A DNA stretch of 32,000 bases from Deltaproteobacteria bacterium (GTDB taxonomy: Bacteria; Desulfobacterota; Binatia; Binatales; Binataceae). This document shows positions 7,524-15,486 of the stretch, in pieces. The position numbers and the translations under genes were made by a program. Numbering within the stretch: position 1 is the first letter of the stretch; each line of letters opens with the position of its first letter. Location of the stretch: the NCBI GenBank assembly GCA_019237115.1, contig JAFAHS010000399.1, forward strand, positions 52,018 to 84,017, given 5' to 3'. The notes under the pieces are model-generated. The model made no database searches. It worked only from the letters and a program-made list of their open reading frames with translations, and was not told the DNA's origin.

Positions 7524-10265
7524 CTAGTGGTTCAGCTGGGCGGCCGGCTGCCCCAGCTCTTGTCCCAGCGCCTGCATCTCGGCGCCGAACGCGGCCCAGT
7601 TCCCCGCCTTCAAAGCATCCATGGCACGATTGTAGTGCTGCGAAGCAGATTGGAGATCGCGACCCGCCGGCACTCCCGGCACCGCACCGGGCGCCGCGGT
7701 CTTCGCGAGCACCGGCGCCGCAGGCGCGGGCCCGGCGATAAACAGCGCCTGCAGGGTAGCGTCGAGCGTCTCGCCCATTACCACGCGATCGCTGTAAGAC
7801 GCGATCACTCGCTGCAATTCGGGAAGTTGTCCGTTCTCGGCGCGAATGTAGAGCGGCTCGACATACAGCAGCGAGTCCTGGATCGGAATGACAATCAGGT
7901 TTCCGAACACCACCTTGGAACCCATCTGGTTCCACAGCGACAACTGCCGTGAGATTTCCGGATTCTGGTTGATGCGCGCCTGGATCTGATATGGCCCGTA
8001 AAACAATCGATCCTTGGAAAATGAGTATTCGAACAGATGGCCGTAGTCGGCCCCGTCGCAGCGCGCTGCCAGCCACGAGATCATATTGTCACGCCCCTGC
8101 GGCACCATCGGCAGCATCAGGATGTATTCGGCGGTGGTTTCTCTCGGCAGCCGCATGATTACGTAGTAGGGCTGCATCGCGATGATCTGGTCGCCGTAGT
8201 TCTCGCGCGGAAACCCCCACAGATCCTCGCGGTTGTAGAACACCTGGGGGTCGGTCATGTGGTAGGTGCGATAGATGTCCGCCTGGATCAGAAACAGATC
8301 TTCCGGATAGCGGATGTGCAGGCGCAGGTCGCCGGGCATCTGCGACATGGGCTTGAACAGGGTTGGGAAAATCCGCTCCCAGGTCTGAATCACCGGATCC
8401 TCGGGGTCGGCCACGTAAAATTCGGTGGCGCCGGTGTATGCGTCGACCACCACCTTCACCGAGTTACGGATGTAGTTGATCTGATCGGCGTTGCGCTGGG
8501 AGTAAGGATAATGATCGCTGGTCGTGTAGGTGTCGACGATCCAGGCGATGCGCCCGTCGTGAATGACTGGGTACGGATCCCGGTCGAGCACCAGGAACGG
8601 CGCGATATACGAGATGCGCTGGGTGAGGTTGCGCCGGAACATGATCCTGCTCTTCGGCACGATGTTTTCCGTCACCAGCAGGTTGATGTCCTTGTAGAAG
8701 ATGCTGAACAGCAGGCGTCTTAGGATTCCCGATACCCCCACCCCGCCCTCGCCCTGGTAGAAGCTGAAGACATTTTCCGCGCCCTTCGGAAAGTTGAATT
8801 CCGGGGTCGCCGCGTTGACGATCGCGTAGTTGTCCGGTTCTTCGCCGAAATATATCCCCGGCTGATCGATCTTGAAGCCAACGCTGGAGACCGGCGGGAT
8901 GTCCTTGATGTAAAAGATCGGCAGTCCTTCGGAGTCTTTGTCGTTCACCGGGCCCATCGCGAGCCCCACCCCATGGGTGAATTTTAGGTGCTGATTGACC
9001 CAGGTTTGCGCGCTCTCGGGGAGCTGGTCGATGTTCATCTCGCGCGCCGAGAGCATGACCTCCGTGTAGTTGCCGTTTATCGTGTAGCGATCGATATCGA
9101 CGTCCTTGAAGTCGTAGTACAGGCGGATTTCCTGCAGTTGCCGATAGGTCGCAATCAGCGGTCGCGGATCCCACAGACGAATATTCTTGATGGTGGGCGC
9201 GTCCTGCTCGACACTCGCCATGGTGAGGGTTCCCAGCCCCCCAAACTGCTTCACGTCCACTCCGCCGAGCTTGTAGGCGCGACGCGTCATCGCGATGTTG
9301 CGCTCGATGTAGGGGCGCTCGATACGCAGTTCGTCAGGCTTGACCCACAATCGCTCGATGACCGGCTGCGCAAAATTCAGCAGGAGTGAAGGTCCGAACG
9401 AGATGATCGCCGCGACCACCAGTCGGGCCAGTCCGCGCTCGGTCAAGTTGGCAAAACAAACCACCGCGGCGAGCAGCGAGAACACGACCAGCAGCCACAG
9501 TCCGGGCTGCCACAAAATTGCGTCCACGTAGCGGAGGCCGAAAACCACCCCATTGGTGTGCAGCAGGAGATTGAAGCGCGCCAGCCAGAACCCGAAAGCG
9601 CGCTGGACGAAGAACAGTCCCAGCAGGATCGAGGCGTGCGCGGCTACCGCGGGCGCTATTCGGGGCGGGGTCTCCCTGAAATCAAGCGCTCCGCGCGCCC
9701 AGTAGACAGCCGCTGCGACCGCCCCGGCCAGGAAAATGACCAGCAGGAATGCGTCCCGCAACTCTTCAAGCAGCGGCAGCGCGAAGACGTAGAATCCGAC
9801 GTCGTGGCCAAACGCGCTTTCCTTCACGCCGAAAGGAACGTGATAGAGCGCCTTCAGATAGACGTCCCAGCTTACGGCTTCGCCCTGCGCCACGAAGATC
9901 GCGAGTACCGCGGAGGCCACGACGACGATCACCCGCCACGGCACCCGGTCGCCCAGCGTGCGGATAAGCTCCGGCAGATTTACCTCGGCGCCCTCGCCGG
10001 GTCGCCGAACTACCCGCAGGCGCTCGCGATCCCGGCTTAAGCCGACGGCCGCCAGTCCGCTGGCCACCATCGCGGCGAACGCGAACAGCCAGACCGCCGC
10101 AAAGATAGCGACTTCCGCCTTGACGGTCGTGGCAAAGACGCTTCCATAGCCGAGTGAGCGAAACCACAGCAGATCGACAAAGAACTGGTCGGTAATCGAG
10201 AGGAGGATGCCGCCCACCAGGACGACGACCGCCACGAGGCCCAGCACGATTGTCCGTGGTCGCAT
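7524..10265 (-). CDS. UPF0182 family large membrane protein
   Basis: 913 aa. About 7 N-terminal TM helices are followed by a large soluble region and an Ala/Pro-rich linker. The N-terminal FFVDLLWFRSLGY..VF motif and overall architecture match my recollection of UPF0182 (COG1615). Confidence 0.8.
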   Translation of the reverse strand: MRPRTIVLGLVAVVVLVGGILLSITDQFFVDLLWFRSLGYGSVFATTVKAEVAIFAAVWLFAFAAMVASGLAAVGLSRDRERLRVVRRPGEGAEVNLPELIRTLGDRVPWRVIVVVASAVLAIFVAQGEAVSWDVYLKALYHVPFGVKESAFGHDVGFYVFALPLLEELRDAFLLVIFLAGAVAAAVYWARGALDFRETPPRIAPAVAAHASILLGLFFVQRAFGFWLARFNLLLHTNGVVFGLRYVDAILWQPGLWLLVVFSLLAAVVCFANLTERGLARLVVAAIISFGPSLLLNFAQPVIERLWVKPDELRIERPYIERNIAMTRRAYKLGGVDVKQFGGLGTLTMASVEQDAPTIKNIRLWDPRPLIATYRQLQEIRLYYDFKDVDIDRYTINGNYTEVMLSAREMNIDQLPESAQTWVNQHLKFTHGVGLAMGPVNDKDSEGLPIFYIKDIPPVSSVGFKIDQPGIYFGEEPDNYAIVNAATPEFNFPKGAENVFSFYQGEGGVGVSGILRRLLFSIFYKDINLLVTENIVPKSRIMFRRNLTQRISYIAPFLVLDRDPYPVIHDGRIAWIVDTYTTSDHYPYSQRNADQINYIRNSVKVVVDAYTGATEFYVADPEDPVIQTWERIFPTLFKPMSQMPGDLRLHIRYPEDLFLIQADIYRTYHMTDPQVFYNREDLWGFPRENYGDQIIAMQPYYVIMRLPRETTAEYILMLPMVPQGRDNMISWLAARCDGADYGHLFEYSFSKDRLFYGPYQIQARINQNPEISRQLSLWNQMGSKVVFGNLIVIPIQDSLLYVEPLYIRAENGQLPELQRVIASYSDRVVMGETLDATLQALFIAGPAPAAPVLAKTAAPGAVPGVPAGRDLQSASQHYNRAMDALKAGNWAAFGAEMQALGQELGQPAAQLNH

Positions 10266-10274
10266 CAGGGTGAG

Positions 10275-10589
10275 CTACTGTCCGCGTGCGATCCTGCTCA
10301 CATGTTCGCGCACGACCTCGGGCGGACTGAGCCAGACCAGGATCTTGAACGCGACCACTCCGACCACGAGCCAGCCGATTTCGCCCAGGATGGGAACCAG
10401 GTCCAGCTCAATCGCCGGCGGCGACACCATGAGGAGTAACGCGAGCACCGGCACCAGCTTTGCCAGCAGCGGGACCCGCGGATCCTTCATCAGCCGCCAG
10501 AAGACCCGCACGAACTGCGGAAGGTACCCGACCAGCCTGCTCAGTTGAAGCGGCGGCAGAAAGTGCATGCGCAGGAATTGCCAGAACAT
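10275..10589 (-). CDS. Small membrane protein, DUF1232 (YkvA)-like
   Basis: 104 aa. MKDPRVPLLAKLVPVLALLLMVSPPAIELDLVPILGEIGWLVV loosely resembles the DUF1232 core (P..K......Y..sP.DliPD.iP.lG..DD). GGAAG lies 6 nt upstream of the ATG. Its stop is 9 nt before the UPF0182 start. Confidence 0.5.
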   Translation of the reverse strand: MFWQFLRMHFLPPLQLSRLVGYLPQFVRVFWRLMKDPRVPLLAKLVPVLALLLMVSPPAIELDLVPILGEIGWLVVGVVAFKILVWLSPPEVVREHVSRIARGQ

Positions 10590-10702
10590 CAGAGACTTCC
10601 CGGTAAAGCTAATCTAGCACACGAGCCGCGGGATGTTGCCATGCTTAAGGACGGCGGTTTGTCCTGGCTCGTGATAGGCTCATAGGGGAAGGAGAGCGCG
10701 GA

Positions 10703-12397
10703 TTGAAACGACGCATGGCGCTGGGCGACTTCCTGGTCGCTTACCTTCGTAAAATCGGGGTTGACCATATTTTCGGGATTCCCGGCGACCTCGCGCTCAA
10801 GCTGTTCTTTGCGCTGGGCCGCCAACACGGGATGCGGATCATCACCCTGTCGCACGAGCCGGGGGTCGGGTTTGCCGCCGACGGCTACGCGCGCGCGACC
10901 GGAAAGATCGGGGTGGCCTGCGTGACCTACGGCGCCGGGGGTCACAACATGGTCAACCCGGTGGCCGGCTCGTTCTCCGAACGGGTCCCGATTCTGGTTT
11001 TCTCGGGCGGCCCCGGAGAAGAGGAACGCAAACTCGGGACTCTCATTCACCACCAGGCCCGCGAGATCGAATCGCAGCACCGCATTTTCCAGGAAGTGAC
11101 CTGCGCGTCGCGGGTCCTGACCGATCCGCGGCGCGCCGCGCTCGAGCTGCACGAGGTAGTCAACGCGATCTGGACGGAGCAGCGTCCCGGCTATGTCGAG
11201 ATTCATCGCGACATGGTCGATCAGATCATCGAGGTGCCCGACGAGCTGATCGACTGGGACGGACATTTGCGCTCGCGCGAATCGGACGCGCGCAAGGTCA
11301 GGGAGGCGGCGCGCGAAACCGCGGCGATGTTCGGCGAGAGCCGGCATCCGATTACCATCGCGGGCATCGAGATTCATCGCTACAAGGCGTCCCGTGAACT
11401 TATCGAGCTGGCCGAGAAAATGGGCGCCCCGGTCTGCACCACTGTGCTCGGCAAGGGCGCCTTTCCGATGGACCATCCGCTTTACCTGGGCGTTCACATC
11501 GGGCCGATCAGCCCGCCTCCGATCGTGGCGCGGATGGACGAGGCCGATTTCGTCCTGAACCTCGGCTGCCTCAAGACCGACATGAATTTTGGCAACCGCC
11601 CGCCGCGGGTCATTCAGGGCAAGACCGTCTGGGCGGTCGACCGGCGCGTCGATGTCAAGTACCACACCTATACGGAGGTGGGGGTGCGCGACTTCGTGCG
11701 GGCCCTGCTGAAGGAGAATCTCCCGCACCATCGCGAAGCGGTAAGTTACGCCGACAATTTGCGCGATGTGCCGGCGCGGGACGATCAACAGGTTCGGGTG
11801 GGGCAGATCCTGCTGGCGGTGAACGAGTTTCTCGCCGATCACCGCCATTACATGGTGGTCACCGAATCGGGCGACATGCTGTTTGGCGGACTCGACGTGC
11901 GGGTGCCGCACGACGGGACCTATCTGGCGCAGGGGTTCTACGCCTCCATGGGTTTCGCGGTTCCCGCCGCGCTGGGTGCCCAGCTCGGATCCGGGTTGCG
12001 TCCGCTGATTCTGTGTGGCGACGGCGGCTTTCAGATGACCGGGCCCGAGATTTCGCACGCCGCGAGGCTGGGACTCAATCCGATCGTCCTGCTGATTAAC
12101 AACGGGGGATGGGGAATCTTCCGGCCGGTGGTCGAACGCCGCGAGCTGCTCGAGATCCCGCCCTGGCCCTATGCCAATCTGGCGCGCGACTGGGGCGGCG
12201 CCGGCTTCGAGGCCAACACCCTGTCGCAGCTGCGCCGCACCTTGACCGCGGCTGACAAGACGGAGAGCTTCGTGATCATCGACGTTCGAGTGGACCGCGA
12301 CGATCTCTCCCCGGTTACCGTCAAGTACATCAAAGCCGCCGCCAAACGTTCGCAGGCACCACGCCCGCCCAACGCGACCAAGGGTGCAGGCCAGTGA
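10703..12397 (+). CDS. Thiamine-diphosphate-dependent 2-oxoacid decarboxylase (PDC/indolepyruvate/phenylpyruvate decarboxylase family)
   Basis: 564 aa. The N-terminal PYR domain reads IFGIPGD...HEPGVGFAADGYARATGK...VTYGAGGHNMVNPVAGSFSERVPILVFSGGPG. An HH dyad (LIHHQ) and PGYVEIHRD match the PDC pattern. The ThDP motif is GDGGFQMT...NNGGWG. GGAAGGAGAG lies just upstream of TTG 10703; ATG 10715 is an alternative start. Confidence 0.85.
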   Translation: MKRRMALGDFLVAYLRKIGVDHIFGIPGDLALKLFFALGRQHGMRIITLSHEPGVGFAADGYARATGKIGVACVTYGAGGHNMVNPVAGSFSERVPILVFSGGPGEEERKLGTLIHHQAREIESQHRIFQEVTCASRVLTDPRRAALELHEVVNAIWTEQRPGYVEIHRDMVDQIIEVPDELIDWDGHLRSRESDARKVREAARETAAMFGESRHPITIAGIEIHRYKASRELIELAEKMGAPVCTTVLGKGAFPMDHPLYLGVHIGPISPPPIVARMDEADFVLNLGCLKTDMNFGNRPPRVIQGKTVWAVDRRVDVKYHTYTEVGVRDFVRALLKENLPHHREAVSYADNLRDVPARDDQQVRVGQILLAVNEFLADHRHYMVVTESGDMLFGGLDVRVPHDGTYLAQGFYASMGFAVPAALGAQLGSGLRPLILCGDGGFQMTGPEISHAARLGLNPIVLLINNGGWGIFRPVVERRELLEIPPWPYANLARDWGGAGFEANTLSQLRRTLTAADKTESFVIIDVRVDRDDLSPVTVKYIKAAAKRSQAPRPPNATKGAGQ

Positions 12398-13998
12398 GCG
12401 GAACACGAACGCGTAATTTCGACTGGGCGGTGCCGGAACATTTCAACTTTGGCGCCACCATCGATCACTACGCGGAAGATCCTCACCGGGTTGCCCTGCT
12501 GTGGGAGGACCAGGAGGGCCGGCGCGCCCGGCTGACCTTTGCCGATCTACGCGCCCAGTCCAATCGCATCGCCAACGTGCTGCAAGGGGTCGGCCTTCGG
12601 CGCGGCGATGCGGTCCTGCTGGTCCTGCCGCGGATCTCGCTGTGGCAGGCGGCATATATCGGCGCGCTCAAGGCCGGCGCCCTGGTGATCCCGTGCACCT
12701 CGATGCTGCGTGAAAAAGATCTGGTCTATCGAGCGAACCACTCTGGCGCGCGGGCAATAATCGCCGGCGTGGAAAGTGCGGCGATGGTCGGAGAACTGCG
12801 CAATCAGTGTCCCACCCTCGTTCACTACCTGATCGCCGGCAGCGAGCGCACCGGGTGGCTGGGATTGCCGGGCCTGATGCAGTCCGCGTCGCCGACCTAT
12901 CATGCGGTCAGAACGCGATCCGACGAACCCGCGATTTGCTACTACACTTCCGGCACCACCACGGAACCCAAAGGGGTTCTGCACAGTCACGCCTACACCT
13001 GGAGTCATCAATACACCGGCAGGGACTGGCTCGATGTCAAGCCGGGGGACCTGCACTGGACTACTTCCGATACGGGGTGGGCCAAGGCCGCCTATGGCGT
13101 CTTGTTCGGTCCGTGGATGAACGGCGTGACAACCTTCATGTACAACGGCCGCTTCGAACCAAAAAAAGAGCTCGAGTTGCTGAGCCGTTACCGGATAACG
13201 AGCTTCTGCGCTCCGCCCACCGAGTACCGGATGCTCATCAAGGAGGATTTGAAGCAGCAGCAATTTCCCGCGCTGCGCGCCTGCACCGGCGCCGGTGAGC
13301 CGCTCAACCCCGAGGTCATCGAAGTATGGAAAAAAGAACTGGGGTTGACGATACGCGATGGCTACGGACAGACCGAAACCATCATTCTGGTCGCGAATCT
13401 GCCCGACACGAAGACCAGGCCTGGCTCAATGGGTCTGCCGTTTGCCGGCCAGGAGGTCTGCGTGGTCGACGATGGACTCCACGAAGCCGCGGTGGACCAG
13501 GTCGGTCAGATCGCGGTCCGGGTCAAACCCAACCGTCCGCCTTCGTTGTTCCTCGAGTATTGGAAAAATACCGAAGAAACCGCCGCGGTGTTCCAGGGCG
13601 ACTACTACCTTACCGGCGACCATGCCACGCGGGACAGCGACGGTTACCTGTGGTTCGTGGGGCGCGCCGATGACGTGATCATTTCGGCCGGGTATCGAAT
13701 CGGTCCGTTCGAAGTGGAGAGCGCCCTGCTGGAGCATGCGCTGGTTCTCGAGTCCGCGGTGGTTGCCAGCCCGGATCCCGACCGTGGCGCGATCGTCAAA
13801 GCGTTCGTTCGCCTGAAACCCGGGACGCCGCGAGACGCCGCCCTGGTCCGGGAGTTGCAGGAACACGTAAAGCGCACGACGGCACCATATAAGTACCCGC
13901 GCGAGATCGAGTTCATGGATGAACTACCCAAGACCGTGAGCGGCAAGATTCGCAGGGTCGAGCTTCGCAAACGCGAAGAAGTACGCAAGCGTCACTAG
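12394..13998 (+). CDS. AMP-forming acyl-CoA synthetase (medium-chain/ACSM-like adenylate-forming ligase)
   Basis: 534 aa. Adenylation motifs are present: YYTSGTTTEPKG, DGYGQTET, YLTGDHATRDSDGYLWFVGRADDVI and PKTVSGKIRR. The GTG start overlaps the upstream stop (GTGA at 12394-12397). Confidence 0.9.
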   Translation: MSGTRTRNFDWAVPEHFNFGATIDHYAEDPHRVALLWEDQEGRRARLTFADLRAQSNRIANVLQGVGLRRGDAVLLVLPRISLWQAAYIGALKAGALVIPCTSMLREKDLVYRANHSGARAIIAGVESAAMVGELRNQCPTLVHYLIAGSERTGWLGLPGLMQSASPTYHAVRTRSDEPAICYYTSGTTTEPKGVLHSHAYTWSHQYTGRDWLDVKPGDLHWTTSDTGWAKAAYGVLFGPWMNGVTTFMYNGRFEPKKELELLSRYRITSFCAPPTEYRMLIKEDLKQQQFPALRACTGAGEPLNPEVIEVWKKELGLTIRDGYGQTETIILVANLPDTKTRPGSMGLPFAGQEVCVVDDGLHEAAVDQVGQIAVRVKPNRPPSLFLEYWKNTEETAAVFQGDYYLTGDHATRDSDGYLWFVGRADDVIISAGYRIGPFEVESALLEHALVLESAVVASPDPDRGAIVKAFVRLKPGTPRDAALVRELQEHVKRTTAPYKYPREIEFMDELPKTVSGKIRRVELRKREEVRKRH

Positions 13999-14142
13999 AA
14001 TCCACTTTTCGTCACCGGCGACGCACCAACCTTCTTAGATGAGGGCGTTCGCTTGCCGCGCGTGCTCGGCTCATCCAGCGTCAGACGACTCATAACAACC
14101 ATTGGTCAATTCGCCGTTCATATGATGCTCTCTGAATATTCA

Positions 14143-14187
14143 AGAGACCGTCAAATAACACTATCGCTCGCTTCACCGACAGTCTCT
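14143..14187. promoter_or_regulatory. Inverted repeat in the leader of the GT4 operon (possible operator or RNA hairpin)
   Basis: AGAGACCGTC (14143-14152) and GACAGTCTCT (14178-14187) are 9/10 complementary, with a 25-nt spacer. The repeat sits in a 244-nt stretch that is visibly less GC-rich. Its right arm ends 56 nt upstream of the GTG at 14243. Confidence 0.3.
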
Positions 14188-14242
14188 AAATTTGTAACCA
14201 CGCGCTTCCCGCAGGCCCCGGTTCGGTTGATGAGGAAACGGC

Positions 14243-15484
14243 GTGGAAGAAGAGAACCGGCAGAACGAGGATAGCCCCGCACCCGACCCACGACGCCACA
14301 TTTGTGTCGTCAGCGAAACCTATTCTCCGCAAGTCAACGGCGTTGCGCTTACTCTCGGGCATCTCGTCAAGGGATTGCAGGCGCTGGGGCACCGGGTCTC
14401 AATCGTACGTCCCCGACAACACAGGTCCGATGGCTGCGGCCTTGACTTAAGCGTCACGGTGGTCGCCGGCCTGCCGCTGCCCGGATACAAGGGATTGCAA
14501 TTCGGCCTGCCTGCCGGAGCGCTGTTGCAGCAGGCGTGGATGCGCAATCGCCCCGACGTAGTCTACGTTGCCACCGAAGGTCCGCTGGGTTGGTCGGCGG
14601 TTGGAGTCGCGCGCCGCCTCGCGATTCCGGTGTTCAGTGGCTTTCACACCAATTTCCACAGCTATTCTCGCTACTACCGGGTTGGATATCTACACAGCGT
14701 AGTGCTCCGCTACTTGCGCTGGTTTCACAACCGGACCCGGGGAACCCTGGTCCCCAGTTCGGATCTCCGCGACCGTCTGCAAACCCTCGGATTCAAAAAA
14801 GTCTTGTGTCTCGGCCGGGGAGTTGACAGTCAGCTGTTCGATCCTGCGCGACGGTGCGGCATCCTGCGCCGTCAGTGGGGTCTGGGAGCTGACGACCTGG
14901 CGGTCGTCTATGTCGGGCGGATAGCCGGCGAGAAGAACCTGAGCCTCGCCCTGGCGGCGTATGGGGCGATTAAACAAACCGTCAATTCCGCGCGGTTTAT
15001 AGTCGTCGGCGACGGCCCCTTGCGCAGCTCACTGCAGGCTCAACACCCGGACTTCATCTTCACCGGAATGCAGCTGGGCCCCCAGCTCGCCACGCACTAC
15101 GCTTCCGCCGACCTGTTTCTGTTTCCGAGCGAGACCGAGACCTTCGGCAATGTCGTATTGGAAGCGATGGCCAGCGGGCTCGGGGTGATTGCCTACGACT
15201 ATGCCGCCGCAAGAAGTCACATCGCCAATGGAGAGAGCGGAATCCTGGTTCCGCTCGGGGATTCCAAGGCGTTTGTGGCGGCCGCCTTAAAGCTCGCCTC
15301 CCAACCCGAGGAACTCAAGCGAGTCCGCCGCCAAGCCCGCGACTATTCCCGCTCGATCGGATGGCCACGGGTGGTCGAGCGCTTTGCGGCTCTCCTTAAT
15401 GGAAACGATGATCAAGTCCGCGGCCCCCTCCGCTCATTGGTGGGAGGCCAAAAGCTGGCTACGGCAGCACGGGGGAGAATCTAA
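14243..15484 (+). CDS. Glycosyltransferase family 4, SQD2/SqdX/Agt-like (probable lipid glycosyltransferase)
   Basis: 413 aa. The N-terminus reads ICVVSETYSPQVNGVA..L..L...GH.V.IVRP. GVDSQLFDP, VYVGRIAGEKN and the E-x7-E block FPSETETFGNVVLEAMASG are present. GAGGAA lies 5 nt upstream of the GTG. Confidence 0.85.
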   Translation: MEEENRQNEDSPAPDPRRHICVVSETYSPQVNGVALTLGHLVKGLQALGHRVSIVRPRQHRSDGCGLDLSVTVVAGLPLPGYKGLQFGLPAGALLQQAWMRNRPDVVYVATEGPLGWSAVGVARRLAIPVFSGFHTNFHSYSRYYRVGYLHSVVLRYLRWFHNRTRGTLVPSSDLRDRLQTLGFKKVLCLGRGVDSQLFDPARRCGILRRQWGLGADDLAVVYVGRIAGEKNLSLALAAYGAIKQTVNSARFIVVGDGPLRSSLQAQHPDFIFTGMQLGPQLATHYASADLFLFPSETETFGNVVLEAMASGLGVIAYDYAAARSHIANGESGILVPLGDSKAFVAAALKLASQPEELKRVRRQARDYSRSIGWPRVVERFAALLNGNDDQVRGPLRSLVGGQKLATAARGRI

Positions 15485-15486
15485 CG

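Noticed and set aside
10620-10673. 8-bp inverted repeat CACGAGCC-N38-GGCTCGTG in the divergent region upstream of the decarboxylase gene
   Set aside because: The spacer is long and the arms are short. It is plausible by chance, and there is no supporting promoter or regulator context.
10589-12406. 605-aa ORF on the minus strand covering the whole ThDP-decarboxylase gene
   Set aside because: The + strand frame has unambiguous PDC/IPDC-family motifs, including GDG-x24-NN. The antisense translation is Arg/Gly/His-rich with no recognisable domain. Long antisense ORFs are expected in high-GC DNA.
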